Below, one piece after another: positions 35,406 to 45,633 of a stretch of 45,830 nucleotides of DNA. Below the pieces are notes generated by a model. It saw only the letters and a program-made list of their open reading frames with translations. It ran no database searches and had not been told where the DNA came from. The translations under genes and the position numbers were made by a program. Source of the DNA: Patescibacteria group bacterium (GTDB taxonomy: Bacteria > Patescibacteriota > WWE3 > UBA101185 > UBA10185). The DNA is taken from the NCBI GenBank assembly GCA_049297375.1, contig JBAQUF010000046.1:1-45830 (forward strand). Direction: 5' to 3'. Within the stretch, counting starts at the first letter, position 1. Each line of letters opens with the position of its first letter.

Positions 35406-38112
35406 CTCGTCCTTCATACTGTGCCTTCACTACTACCCTTGGCTTACCGGAAGATGTCTGCCAAGGTTCAAACGATATCTTTCCAAACCCAGAGCTCATT
35501 AACATAGCTTTTAATTCCGCGAGAGGATATATGTGAAACTGCCCTTCTCTGCCACCTGGAAACATTACTTTTATATCCCCAAACTTTTCAGACCCCTCTT
35601 TAAATTGCTCTTTTACCTCTTCTAACCAACTACCTTCCTCACCTTCAAGAAGGGGGATATCTGTTCTAATAATTCCTCCTGGTTTCAATACTCGTGCAAT
35701 CTCTGAAAGATTAGACACTTGTTCGCTTCTACTTACCCAATCGTTAGGTGGAGACCAATTAAGTGTAACCACTGAGACTAAATCTTCTTGCAGGGGTATC
35801 GAGTCAATTGATCCTTGTATTACACTTAGATTTTCCTTTTCATTCTTTCCAGGGGACCAGATATCCATACCTATCAGCTTAGACTTTCCTTTCAACATAT
35901 CTGCCATAGGTTCTGTTATTCTTTTTCTGTCTCCACAAGCTAGATCAAGAACAACTCCGTTTATATCACTCATTTCCGAAAAGAAGTTTTTTAGTCCCTC
36001 TAATTCTCTTGAAGTATCGGCTGTTGTTTCGTTAGATGTACTAAACAGCTCTTCATTGCCATCATAAAATTCCTTTATCCTTTCAAGAGCTTTAAGGGTA
36101 GATTTATTATTCTTAGACTCCTTAACAATATCTTCTTCCCAAAAGTTTTCTATCATAGAAAGAAGTAAGGTCTGCATGTTTGACCCTTCCTCAGTAGAAT
36201 CAAAGGTTTTAAGCAACTGAAGGTATTTATTGTTTTCTAAGTCACTTTTTCTTAAAAACTCATTCTGATACCAGCTTTCAACATCTCTTCTGTACTTATA
36301 AAGTACGTTTGTTGCATCTTGTATACTAATTTCATTATTCTTTGTAACTTCGTGGGCTGCTAAAAATAACTTGCTACTATGCCTTAGAATCATATCGTTT
36401 ACTTGCCTAATTCTATCCAATTGAACATCTGAATACTGTGGATCATTACTTAAGAACCTCTCGACACTACCTACTATATCTGAAATAGCCGCCACATTTT
36501 CAAACAATAAACCTGTATTTGGTGATTTCCCTATCTCAATAACCTTAGAGATATCTTTTAAACTTCCTGAGATAGCTAAAAGAGTTTTGATCCTATTTGT
36601 CTTGTCTTCCTTAGTTAGAGTCTCCAAACCAATGTAGTTCTTAAATTTTATCTTGGATCTGTCTGAGAAAACATCCCACAAAGTAGATTGTTCTCTAACA
36701 GAAAAATTAACTATTCCCAATCCGAGATCTTCTAGAGATTCCGAAAACTCCAGAAACTTCTCCCATTCCTTTACCATACCCCCAGACTCGGGAAATTTAT
36801 TAACAAAATTATTAGCATCCCAAATACCATGTGCTTCTATATCCTTGGCCGACAACCTTGGATAAGGTTCCCCTTCGTGAGTAATTTTATCCTTTTCACC
36901 CTCACTAACTAGTTTAAAAACCTTAACAATTTCTGGGTGCTCTACCCTTCCATGTTTTTTAATCTTTACTACTCCTCCAAGATCATGGCTGATCTTTACA
37001 ACCTCACACCCCTTAGTATCCTCACCTTTGCCTAAGTAGTACCTTACACCATCAACCATGGTGTAACCATTTGCTCCTATTTCAGTATTTCTTCTATATA
37101 TCTCGTAGTAGCCATAAAGTCCACCATGTGCCCTAAAATCTTCAAGCTTAATGTTACCTTCCTTTAAAACATTTGGACATTCTCTTCTAAAAAATTCTTT
37201 TGGTGAGTGCCAAATCAAACTTCCAGAAAATAAGCTTCTAGATCCAGAATAACCATACATTTTAAATAAGTCACCATTTATTCTTGATCTTTTACCGTTA
37301 GGATATGTAACGTTTAATACCCCATTTTCATCTCTTACCCCATTTCCATAGCTTGGGTGAAAAACAATAGCAGATGAAACAACCTCTTGCGTTCTATAAA
37401 ACTTTCCATCTCTTGAGGGATAAATACGGTTGTTATAGTAGTCAGCGGCTTCCCACAACCCCATGTAAAAGTCCTCCTTTCTGATATTTTTGGGATCAAG
37501 CGGATCTGCCTTTGGAACATAAAACAAATCCTTAGGTTTAACATTTGGATCTTCTAAAGACCTTTCGTAGTCCTCTTTAGAAAAAACTAGCCCAAAGTTC
37601 ATAGACAAATCGGCGTAAACCTCCATTTGGTCTCTCCTAATAGGGTGACCCTTTTCTGATGCCTTTTCTAAGTCTATTGCAAACCTTCCAATATCACTAG
37701 CCATTTCATTCCATCCCATATTGCCATCTTTTTTCACTCTTGATACATCAAAAACAACAGTTCTTTTTTCAGATTTAGGAGTTTCAATAAGGTTTAGATA
37801 CCCATTGTCCTCAAGAACAATTATTGCCCTTCTTAGATCTTTACTCCATGTTCTTTTTTCTTCTTCATTGAAGGATTCTTCTGCGCGTTTATCCAAAACT
37901 TTTGAAGACTCTATTCCTTCAACCACAGAATCACCATGTAAACTACGTCCACTAGCAATTTTAACATTAGGAAATAACTCTTCGGCTAGACCCCCATCCC
38001 CACTAGAACTAGAAACAGACTCTTTTTTTGGATCTTCAACTGCAATAGAAGAAATCTCTTCTACAGTATCTCCTGGTTCAAGTATTTCAGCATACATTTC
38101 TTTTGTGGGCAT
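35380..38112 (-). CDS. large protein with a C-terminal class I SAM-dependent methyltransferase domain (N-terminal ~650 aa unknown)
   Basis: 910 aa. The C-terminus has motif I VVLDLACGD, then LIGMDIW and VLKPGGII, a Methyltransf_11-like order. The N-terminal two thirds are unrecognised. Confidence 0.7.
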   Translation of the reverse strand: MPTKEMYAEILEPGDTVEEISSIAVEDPKKESVSSSSGDGGLAEELFPNVKIASGRSLHGDSVVEGIESSKVLDKRAEESFNEEEKRTWSKDLRRAIIVLEDNGYLNLIETPKSEKRTVVFDVSRVKKDGNMGWNEMASDIGRFAIDLEKASEKGHPIRRDQMEVYADLSMNFGLVFSKEDYERSLEDPNVKPKDLFYVPKADPLDPKNIRKEDFYMGLWEAADYYNNRIYPSRDGKFYRTQEVVSSAIVFHPSYGNGVRDENGVLNVTYPNGKRSRINGDLFKMYGYSGSRSLFSGSLIWHSPKEFFRRECPNVLKEGNIKLEDFRAHGGLYGYYEIYRRNTEIGANGYTMVDGVRYYLGKGEDTKGCEVVKISHDLGGVVKIKKHGRVEHPEIVKVFKLVSEGEKDKITHEGEPYPRLSAKDIEAHGIWDANNFVNKFPESGGMVKEWEKFLEFSESLEDLGLGIVNFSVREQSTLWDVFSDRSKIKFKNYIGLETLTKEDKTNRIKTLLAISGSLKDISKVIEIGKSPNTGLLFENVAAISDIVGSVERFLSNDPQYSDVQLDRIRQVNDMILRHSSKLFLAAHEVTKNNEISIQDATNVLYKYRRDVESWYQNEFLRKSDLENNKYLQLLKTFDSTEEGSNMQTLLLSMIENFWEEDIVKESKNNKSTLKALERIKEFYDGNEELFSTSNETTADTSRELEGLKNFFSEMSDINGVVLDLACGDRKRITEPMADMLKGKSKLIGMDIWSPGKNEKENLSVIQGSIDSIPLQEDLVSVVTLNWSPPNDWVSRSEQVSNLSEIARVLKPGGIIRTDIPLLEGEEGSWLEEVKEQFKEGSEKFGDIKVMFPGGREGQFHIYPLAELKAMLMSSGFGKISFEPWQTSSGKPRVVVKAQYEGRANPIPQIF

Positions 38113-38161
38113 GGTTTTATTTTATATTAAAGACATTGAAATGAAAGAACAAAGTAACTAC

Positions 38162-38749
38162 TTACTTAATACTTTCCTTAAAAGCTTTATCAATAAAAGT
38201 CTTAATGGCACTCTCTAGTTTGTCAGAAGGAATATCAGATAGAGCAACTCCCCAATCATTAATTAATATTTTTAAATCTTTATATAAACTATCTGCAGCA
38301 TGATTTCTATTCTCTATTGTATTTCTACTATCTCTGGAATTTGCAAATAATCCTGTAATTTTATGCTTATACAAAACAGCATTGGCTACTTTGTTTACAT
38401 TCTGTCCCCCAGGACCGCTTGCTGAGAATTGACTGTAATCTAAATCTTTTGTTTCAACAAAAGGTTCTCCCAAATCCAACAATTTAATTAACCAAGAACA
38501 GTAGTCATCTATATTTTTATCATTTACTTCCTTGTTTATATCTTTTGGAAAATGTTCTAGGGATTTAATAATTTTATCTTCTGATTCTTTTATTCTTCTC
38601 TTTTGTGAATTGGATATTTCCTCGTTTCTGGCTGCCTTTAGTGTTTTACTCCCCACACCGCCACTTTTACCACTATTTGCATCTTTAACTAATCCATCCC
38701 CTAAACTGTTAGCTTCATCTACAGTTAAATCTTTAAAGATAATGGGCAT
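38162..38749 (-). CDS. stand-alone RF-1 (GGQ) domain protein, peptidyl-tRNA-hydrolase-like
   Basis: SASGPGGQNVNKVANAVLYKHKITGLFANSRDSRNTIENRNHA matches the class I release factor GGQ domain. There are no codon-recognition domains and no ArfB-type basic tail. ATG at 38749 is preferred over the track's TTG at 38776. Confidence 0.8.
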   Translation of the reverse strand: MPIIFKDLTVDEANSLGDGLVKDANSGKSGGVGSKTLKAARNEEISNSQKRRIKESEDKIIKSLEHFPKDINKEVNDKNIDDYCSWLIKLLDLGEPFVETKDLDYSQFSASGPGGQNVNKVANAVLYKHKITGLFANSRDSRNTIENRNHAADSLYKDLKILINDWGVALSDIPSDKLESAIKTFIDKAFKESIK

Positions 38750-38804
38750 ACAAAAATTATAACAACTAGTTACCAAATAGTCTTTATACTGTTAAAATAA
38801 TTAT

Positions 38805-39614
38805 ATGCCTCAAAGTGCTATACAAGGTGCCGTGGTTGAAATCATCCCAGATCATGAAGCTATTGGTAGTGTTCTTAATTTTGAGGAAATAGAAACAGAG
38901 AAAGGAGTTACCTCACAAATACAGGAATCGATAAAAAAACTTGAAGGAACCACTCTAAGGAGAGACTCTATAGGGCAAGCTTTTGGTCACAATCTTGTAG
39001 AACTATTGGTTTACGAGAATAAGAAGCTTAAGGAAGAACCGGAAAAACTTAGAGAAAAAACATCCATAATACTGCAAGTAGGAAGGGAGTACGCCAAGAT
39101 GCAAAGGGAAAATGTAAACAGTTTCCTAAATGGCTTTATGGCAGAAGCCTGCCTAGCACTATCACTAGATGAACTTGGGTACACAGTTTTGGCTCCAACT
39201 ATAGAAGAAGATATAAAGGGAAAAATTGACATGTTTGTAATTGATAAAAATTATACCCAAGAACCATATGCCCTAGCTATCCAAGTAAAAAACTCGTCAG
39301 AGGTAGAAGATATTATTGTTCATAACTTAAATGACGATATCAAAAACCTAAATATGCAACTAGAAACCCAATCAATAAGATATCTACCGGAATTTAAAAG
39401 TAAACTTGCTTATAGTAATAAATATATGTTAGAATATCTTTCCAAAAATAAGGAGAGATTCAACGGGAGGGTTATACCATTAGTTGTAATCATTCCAGGT
39501 GGGGACATGTCAGAGACTAGTTCCTACAACACTGTAACATCGGCACCTGTAAAGGGCTTCTCTTACAAATTATTTGATAAACTTAATGAAATATATGAAG
39601 GAGAAAAATTATGA
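38805..39614 (+). CDS. hypothetical protein, possible PD-(D/E)xK nuclease fold
   Basis: 269 aa. MAEACLAL...GKIDMFVIDKNYTQEPYALAIQVK gives an E...D...QxK spacing reminiscent of restriction-endonuclease-like folds. The evidence is weak. Confidence 0.5.
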   Translation: MPQSAIQGAVVEIIPDHEAIGSVLNFEEIETEKGVTSQIQESIKKLEGTTLRRDSIGQAFGHNLVELLVYENKKLKEEPEKLREKTSIILQVGREYAKMQRENVNSFLNGFMAEACLALSLDELGYTVLAPTIEEDIKGKIDMFVIDKNYTQEPYALAIQVKNSSEVEDIIVHNLNDDIKNLNMQLETQSIRYLPEFKSKLAYSNKYMLEYLSKNKERFNGRVIPLVVIIPGGDMSETSSYNTVTSAPVKGFSYKLFDKLNEIYEGEKL

Positions 39615-39838
39615 GTCAAACCGGGGTTAGGAATACAGTTGGAAGTGCTCCTGTGACAGGTATTACTTGCGAAGAGGTTATAAGATACCAAAAAATGCTT
39701 TTATCCAACGAGATAGTACCTGACAACATTCAATCTGCAGTAGCCACCCACACAGCAGTTTGTCCTGCATGTAGGAAGGCCTGGACAAAGGGTACAAAGA
39801 AAGAAGACGAAGCACTAAAAGATGCGAAACCAAACTAA
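39611..39838 (+). CDS. small zf-HC2 (anti-sigma-factor-type zinc finger) protein
   Basis: 75 aa. C-x25-H-x3-C-x2-C (ITCEE...THTAVCPAC) matches the ZAS/zf-HC2 pattern. The start overlaps the previous stop (ATGA). Confidence 0.5.
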   Translation: MSQTGVRNTVGSAPVTGITCEEVIRYQKMLLSNEIVPDNIQSAVATHTAVCPACRKAWTKGTKKEDEALKDAKPN

Positions 39839-39860
39839 TAGGGATCGCATCTTTTTATTT
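39821..39860 (+). terminator. intrinsic terminator after the 38805-39838 gene pair
   Basis: GATGCGA (39821-39827) pairs with TCGCATC (39845-39851), followed by TTTTTATTT. Confidence 0.55.
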
Positions 39861-39904
39861 CCGTTTTCTTTTAAAATTCAACGAAATAAACTATCATTAA
39901 TTTA

Positions 39905-41869
39905 ATGCCCAAGTCTTTTTTGCTAAGAAAACAATACTTCATCCTCTTCAAAACTCTGTCCATATATCTTCTTTTATTCCTTCTGTGTTCTTTCAAAGCA
40001 TTAGCAGGAACCACTTCTCCTGTTACTACAGCAGAAAAAGACCCTTCTACTCCAAATGGAAAACTTCTTTGGTACGTAACTCCTGTAGAAGTGACACTCA
40101 CATCTACTGATCTTGAAAGTGGTGTTAAAGAAATAAACTACAAAATAGATAGTGGAAATTGGGTTAAAAAAGACTTCACAGACACATTAAACTTAATTCC
40201 TAACCCATCATTTGAAATACCAGATGAAAATGCCCCTATATACACAAAGGACTGGACGATTGGATTACAAGACGAATACACAACTTATTTAAGAGACAGT
40301 TCAGTATATAAACCGGGCTTTGCAACGACTTCAATTCAAATATCATCCACAGGAGGATCTTGGCACTCAATTAATCACTTAGATAACTTTGCCGTTTCTT
40401 CTTCATACAACAACATGAATGCATATGCATGGATTAAAACGGAGAACGTTTCAGGATCTGTATATTTTAAAATATATGCAATATCTCAAGACCAAAATGG
40501 TCAGCAAACAATAAGTTTAGTATCCACAAGCTCTGCTTTGACAGGAACAAACGATTGGACTCAATTATCATTAAACTTTGTTGTGGGCGTAGATAATGCA
40601 GTAGGAGTATACATGGAGATAGGAATTGAGGGATCTGGAACAGTATGGATAGATGCAGCAAATATAAACAGTTCTTTAACTCCAACCACCACATTTACGG
40701 TAGCAACAGATGGGGAGCACACAATTCAATACTACGCAGTAGATAAGGCAGGAAATACAGAAAGCACAAAGAGTCTTAGCTTTAAAATAGATCAAACTCC
40801 ACCTGGAAACTGGAGGGATTCTGGGGCGATAAGAGCATTATTTGGTAGCGATCATGAGTTGTATGTTTGGACACATGTTGACGATACAACATCTGGACTA
40901 TCAACATTAACAGATAAGTTTCAGTACACAACTAGAATGTATGATGGCTTTGGAAGGTTCTCAACCCTATACAGCTGTAGTAGCACATGGAAACCAAACA
41001 CATGGGCAACGCTTGTAAGTCCTCCGTTCCTACCAGGAGTTCATTCAGCCTACATAATTACTCCCAAGGTAGATTTTTGTGATAGCAACTGGAAAATATG
41101 CCACTACACAAGGTTTTACGCAGAAGATTTAGCTGGAAATATCTCCACAAAGGATATGTGTATAAATGGTCCTTGGATAAAAGTTAGAGGTAAAGGAATA
41201 GTAAGATCCAACAATAATGTGGATATGATTTCAGAGGCTTACGAAGACAACACGGATGGCTTAATAGAAGCAGGAGGAACATCTATAAATTTCTTCAATT
41301 CATCCGTGGATTTGTATATGAACAATTCAGTTACCCCACCCCCAGATTATGATTACGATAAATTATTTGAAATGGCTCCAAATTCAAAAGATCAAATATC
41401 AACATCCGAGGATTTAATTTCATCTAATGGAGTTTATTTTATAAATGGAGATTATGAGATAACATCACAAAAATTACCTAACAATTACTCCAGTGCTGTC
41501 TTTAACCAAATACTATTTATAAATGGTAGCCTTAAAGTATCGGACACCCTACAGGTGGTAAATAGCTCAACTGCGCTATTTATAGTAAAAGGAGACGTAG
41601 AAATATCAAAAACCGTAACAACAGTCAAAGTAGGAATAATAGCTGATGGAACAATATATACTGCTTATAACATCAGTGAGGGGGAAGCATCATCTGCTCT
41701 TACAATGAACGGGATCTTCATTGCAAATAAAATAAACTTCCAAAGAACTCTCCAAGGTACACATAACGAAAAATACCCATCAGATGAAATAACGTATGAA
41801 CCAAAATATGCATTAAAACTAAGAGACTACATAGGGATAAACGATATTCAATGGCTTTCTACTGAATAA
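39905..41869 (+). CDS. secreted multidomain protein (signal peptide, two Ig-like/OmpL47-type modules, CBM-like domain)
   Basis: 654 aa with an N-terminal signal (LLLFLLCSFKALA-GT). Modules: LESGVKEINYKIDSGNW, GEHTIQYYAVDKAGNTES (Ig-like) and LIPNPSFE (CBM4_9-like start). Confidence 0.7.
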   Translation: MPKSFLLRKQYFILFKTLSIYLLLFLLCSFKALAGTTSPVTTAEKDPSTPNGKLLWYVTPVEVTLTSTDLESGVKEINYKIDSGNWVKKDFTDTLNLIPNPSFEIPDENAPIYTKDWTIGLQDEYTTYLRDSSVYKPGFATTSIQISSTGGSWHSINHLDNFAVSSSYNNMNAYAWIKTENVSGSVYFKIYAISQDQNGQQTISLVSTSSALTGTNDWTQLSLNFVVGVDNAVGVYMEIGIEGSGTVWIDAANINSSLTPTTTFTVATDGEHTIQYYAVDKAGNTESTKSLSFKIDQTPPGNWRDSGAIRALFGSDHELYVWTHVDDTTSGLSTLTDKFQYTTRMYDGFGRFSTLYSCSSTWKPNTWATLVSPPFLPGVHSAYIITPKVDFCDSNWKICHYTRFYAEDLAGNISTKDMCINGPWIKVRGKGIVRSNNNVDMISEAYEDNTDGLIEAGGTSINFFNSSVDLYMNNSVTPPPDYDYDKLFEMAPNSKDQISTSEDLISSNGVYFINGDYEITSQKLPNNYSSAVFNQILFINGSLKVSDTLQVVNSSTALFIVKGDVEISKTVTTVKVGIIADGTIYTAYNISEGEASSALTMNGIFIANKINFQRTLQGTHNEKYPSDEITYEPKYALKLRDYIGINDIQWLSTE

Positions 41870-41885
41870 TAGATTATATGATTTA

Positions 41886-43271
41886 TTAGAACTTCTTCTT
41901 TATCTTAAACTCACCACTTGGCGTATCTTCAACGACATACCCTAATCCAAGCATTTGTCTTCTTATAACATCAGCCTTATCCCAAATTCCATTCTTTCTG
42001 TATTCCCTTCTCATCTTAGCAAGATCACTAACGTTAGTGGGAATTTCGTATCCAATATGTTCCTGGAGTTTTAAACCCAAAAACTCATCTATTTTTAATA
42101 CAGTATTTAACTTAGAAGCCTCTGAGATAGTACTTTTTAGTAACTCCCAAACAATAGCCAATGCTTCAGGAGTATTTAAATCATCTTCTAATCTCTCCCG
42201 AAACTTTTTAATATATTTATCTGAAACCTCAGCTTTTGGATCCTGCTCATAACTTCCTATTATTTCATATATTTTATTAAGAGAATTTTGCGCGCTGCTT
42301 AGAGCTTCCCATGTAAAGTTAAGGGGCGTTCTGTAATGAGCAGTCATATACAGATATCTCAAATCAAGTGGGCTGAAACCTCTATTTACCACCTCACTTA
42401 GTGTATAAAAATTACCCAAACTCTTACTCATCTTCCCAGCGTCAACCATTAAAAAGGCACTGTGAATCCAGTAGTTTACAAACTTCTTTCCAGTAGCACA
42501 CTCGCTCTGTGCTATCTCATTCTGATGATGGATCATCTTTAAATCTTCTCCACCTAAATGAATGTCTATTGTGTCTCCAAGCTCTGAAAGAACCATCGCA
42601 GAGCACTCAAGATGCCATCCAGGGAATCCAGTACCCCATGGAGACCGCCATTCTTGCTGCCTTTTTTTATCGCTGGGAGAAAACTTCCATAATGCAAAAT
42701 CAGTAGGATTTTTCTTCTCAGGATTGGGATCAACTCTTGCACCTTCTTTAATATTTTCTATGGTAAGACCAGATAACTCACCGTAGCTTGGAAATTTAGA
42801 TGTATCAAAATAAACACCGTCAGATGTTTCATACGTGTATCCTTTTTCTTCTAGTGTAGCTATTAAATCTATTTGATCATCAATATACTCTGTAGCTCTT
42901 GTAAACTTCCTAGGCTCAGAAAGATTTAGATCTTTGTAATCCTTCAGAAATCCTTTTATGTAAAATTCAACAATTTCCTTAGCTGATTTTCCTTCTTCAG
43001 TAGCCTGCTTCTCAACTTTATCTTCTCCGCCCTCTGGATCACTACCTCCTTCAAATAAATGACCAACATCAGTCATATTCATAATAAAATCAACTTTGTA
43101 GCCATTAAACCTCAAGGCTCTATAAACAAAATCTGACAAGGAAAACAATCTCCAATTTCCTATGTGAGGATGCATGTAGACAGTAGGACCACAACAATAC
43201 ATTTTAACTAAACCAGGTTCAATGGGCTTAAAATCTTCTAACTGTTTTGACAATGAATTATAAATCTTCAT
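41886..43271 (-). CDS. cysS: cysteine--tRNA ligase
   Basis: HIGN (HPHIGNWR) and KMSKS (KMSKSLGN) class I motifs. 461 aa. Confidence 0.95.
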   Translation of the reverse strand: MKIYNSLSKQLEDFKPIEPGLVKMYCCGPTVYMHPHIGNWRLFSLSDFVYRALRFNGYKVDFIMNMTDVGHLFEGGSDPEGGEDKVEKQATEEGKSAKEIVEFYIKGFLKDYKDLNLSEPRKFTRATEYIDDQIDLIATLEEKGYTYETSDGVYFDTSKFPSYGELSGLTIENIKEGARVDPNPEKKNPTDFALWKFSPSDKKRQQEWRSPWGTGFPGWHLECSAMVLSELGDTIDIHLGGEDLKMIHHQNEIAQSECATGKKFVNYWIHSAFLMVDAGKMSKSLGNFYTLSEVVNRGFSPLDLRYLYMTAHYRTPLNFTWEALSSAQNSLNKIYEIIGSYEQDPKAEVSDKYIKKFRERLEDDLNTPEALAIVWELLKSTISEASKLNTVLKIDEFLGLKLQEHIGYEIPTNVSDLAKMRREYRKNGIWDKADVIRRQMLGLGYVVEDTPSGEFKIKKKF

Positions 43272-43307
43272 ATTGAGTAAAATAATATCACAAAGAGGTG
43301 GTTATTG

Positions 43308-43952
43308 TTATATCTCTAGCCTTCCATCAAGTGCTCTGCTTAGTGTAATATCATCTGCGTATTCAATATCCCCACCCACTGGAAGTCCTCTAGCTATTCT
43401 TGTTATCTTAACTCTATCCGAATCAAATCCTTTTTCTCTTATTAATTTGGATATGAACATAGCAGTAGACTCACCTTCCATGCTAGTATTTGTTGCTAAT
43501 ACAACCTCAACAGATTTATCACCGCTAACATCATCAAATGATGAATCATTTACCAAATTAGATATTCTTTCAATAAGTTCTTTAATAAAAATATCATCAG
43601 GCCCTACACCGTTTAATGGATCTATAATTCCATGAAGAACATGATAAACACCCTTGAAATTTGTCTTTTCAAGAGCAAAAGCATCAAGAGGACCAGACAC
43701 AACAGCAATTAGCTTTTTATTTCTTATGGGGTCATCACATACAAAGCAAGTATCAAATTCTGTCACATTTTTACATATATTGCACAACTTGGTACCCTTC
43801 TTTAACTCTACCAAAGAGTCTGCAAACTTCTCCAACTCCTCTTGTGGAAAATGAAGTAAAAAGAAAGTTAGCCTTTGCGCAGTTTTTGGACCAATTCCAG
43901 GGAGTCTTTCAAAGGAGTCTATTAAGTTTGAGATAGGTTTTGGTAGCTTCAT
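43308..43952 (-). CDS. recR: recombination protein RecR
   Basis: HhH motif LPGIGPKTAQRL, a C4 zinc finger CNICKNV...CFVC, and Toprim ATNTSMEGESTA. Confidence 0.95.
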   Translation of the reverse strand: MKLPKPISNLIDSFERLPGIGPKTAQRLTFFLLHFPQEELEKFADSLVELKKGTKLCNICKNVTEFDTCFVCDDPIRNKKLIAVVSGPLDAFALEKTNFKGVYHVLHGIIDPLNGVGPDDIFIKELIERISNLVNDSSFDDVSGDKSVEVVLATNTSMEGESTAMFISKLIREKGFDSDRVKITRIARGLPVGGDIEYADDITLSRALDGRLEI

Positions 43953-43965
43953 CTGTAGTATTTTA

Positions 43966-45522
43966 TCAATTTTTAGCCATCATTGGTAAGCCGCCGTCAA
44001 AAGCTTCCAGTATGGATTTGTTATCCACTCCAGCAGGAACAGAAACATTCATATCGGTAAGATCATTCTTCTTTGGTTTCTCATTACTCACTACACATTT
44101 AATAGTTAAAGAAACACCAAACACACTTTCACTTAAACTCTCTAATAATTTTCTTGTTCTTGCACACTCTAATCTTTCTTTGTGGAATGGATAGAACACT
44201 TCAAGAATCAAGAAATTTCCTTCAACTTTCAAAGGCTTACTTGAAGTTAAAAGTGCAGTTATAGAGTGATTTAATTCTCTGCTTTGTTTGATAAAACTTT
44301 CCCATTTATTTTCCACCTTTTTCATTGATACAACAGGATTTTCACTTAAGTTACTGCTAGAAATATTTTTACCGCTATCAATGTCATCGCCCTTTTTCTT
44401 TACACTACCATTGCTATCTTTACCATCCCTTGGAGTACTTTCAGGAGAATCACAGTCACCATCATCACTGCTTGAACATATTTCAACTATAGCAATTTCT
44501 ACAGGAAGTTGAGGTATAAAAGAGCTTCTAATATTCTTATGTGCTTCTAACAAAGTGTTAGTAGTCTTTACTAACCATTTCAAATCTATTTTCTTTGCTT
44601 GCTGTTTAGTAGCCTCAATTATTTCATCTGTAACTTCAGCAGCACTTTCAGAAACTCCAGACTTAATAAACATTAATGTTCTTAGGTATTTCAACAGTTC
44701 CCCAACCCACACATATAAATCCACGCCTTCTTCAAAGACATTGTTGAGTATTGATAATGCTTTAGAAGCTTTGCAGTTTATTAGGTAATCTACACATTCT
44801 ATATACTTTTCCTTAGAAGAAGCACTTAAAAGGGAATCAACATTTATATCACCCTCTGTAACTTGTTGTAACAATGTTTCAGCATCTCTAAAGCCTCCAA
44901 GGGATGCTTCTGCTATCTTCTTCAACTCAATATCCGATACCTTTATCTTTTCACTATCTGCAATTTGGTTAAGCTTTTCAATGATTTGATTAACTGTTGC
45001 TCTCTTAAATCTGAACACCTGGCACCTTGATTTTATAGTCGCTGGAACTTTATGATCTTCAGTTGTGCAAAGAATAAAATGAGTGTTTTTTGGGGGTTCT
45101 TCAAGAGTTTTAAGAAGCGCATTAAAAGCTTCTGTAGTTAACATGTGAACTTCATCAATAATGTATATTTTCTTTTTCCCCATTGTTGGAGCAAGCTTTA
45201 TCTTGTCTTTTAAATCTCTAATATCATCTATTCCTCTATTGCTTGCAGCATCTATTTCTATTAAGTCTACGTAGGAACCAGCTTTTATAGACTCACAGTT
45301 ACTGCATTTATCACAAGGATCTCCATTTGCTTTTAGTTTTGTGCAATTTAAAGCTTTGGCCAATATTCTTGCAACAGTAGTCTTCCCTGTCCCTCTTGGA
45401 CCTATAAAAAGGTATGCATGGACAGTTTTGCCTGTTTGAACTTGCTTAGCCAAAGCGTCAGCAGCTTCATTAGGACGACATACTTCTGTGAATTTTTGTG
45501 GACGATATTTTGTATAGTACAT
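43966..45522 (-). CDS. dnaX: DNA polymerase III subunit gamma/tau
   Basis: GPRGTGKTT, IIDEVHMLT, a zinc module CTK...CDKCSNC, and the sensor region IKSRCQ. Confidence 0.95.
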   Translation of the reverse strand: MYYTKYRPQKFTEVCRPNEAADALAKQVQTGKTVHAYLFIGPRGTGKTTVARILAKALNCTKLKANGDPCDKCSNCESIKAGSYVDLIEIDAASNRGIDDIRDLKDKIKLAPTMGKKKIYIIDEVHMLTTEAFNALLKTLEEPPKNTHFILCTTEDHKVPATIKSRCQVFRFKRATVNQIIEKLNQIADSEKIKVSDIELKKIAEASLGGFRDAETLLQQVTEGDINVDSLLSASSKEKYIECVDYLINCKASKALSILNNVFEEGVDLYVWVGELLKYLRTLMFIKSGVSESAAEVTDEIIEATKQQAKKIDLKWLVKTTNTLLEAHKNIRSSFIPQLPVEIAIVEICSSSDDGDCDSPESTPRDGKDSNGSVKKKGDDIDSGKNISSSNLSENPVVSMKKVENKWESFIKQSRELNHSITALLTSSKPLKVEGNFLILEVFYPFHKERLECARTRKLLESLSESVFGVSLTIKCVVSNEKPKKNDLTDMNVSVPAGVDNKSILEAFDGGLPMMAKN

Positions 45523-45633
45523 AACTGCCTAAACTTTAGTATAAATCTTCAGTAGTTGTAAACCACTAATAAGCATTAGAAAATGATACAAAAAATTAAA
45601 GGGTATAGAATAGATTAAACGAAAGGGTCGGGG

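Noticed and set aside
35380-38776. The idea that the 910 aa methyltransferase is a PrmC/HemK-type enzyme methylating the GGQ glutamine of the adjacent GGQ protein.
   Set aside because: No NPPY catalytic motif is present; the closest string is NWSPPND. The domain order looks like generic Methyltransf_11. The link is attractive but unsupported by the sequence.
45523-45633. SRP RNA (ffs), which often lies immediately upstream of dnaX.
   Set aside because: The 111 bp spacer is AT-rich and lacks the conserved domain IV motif on either strand.
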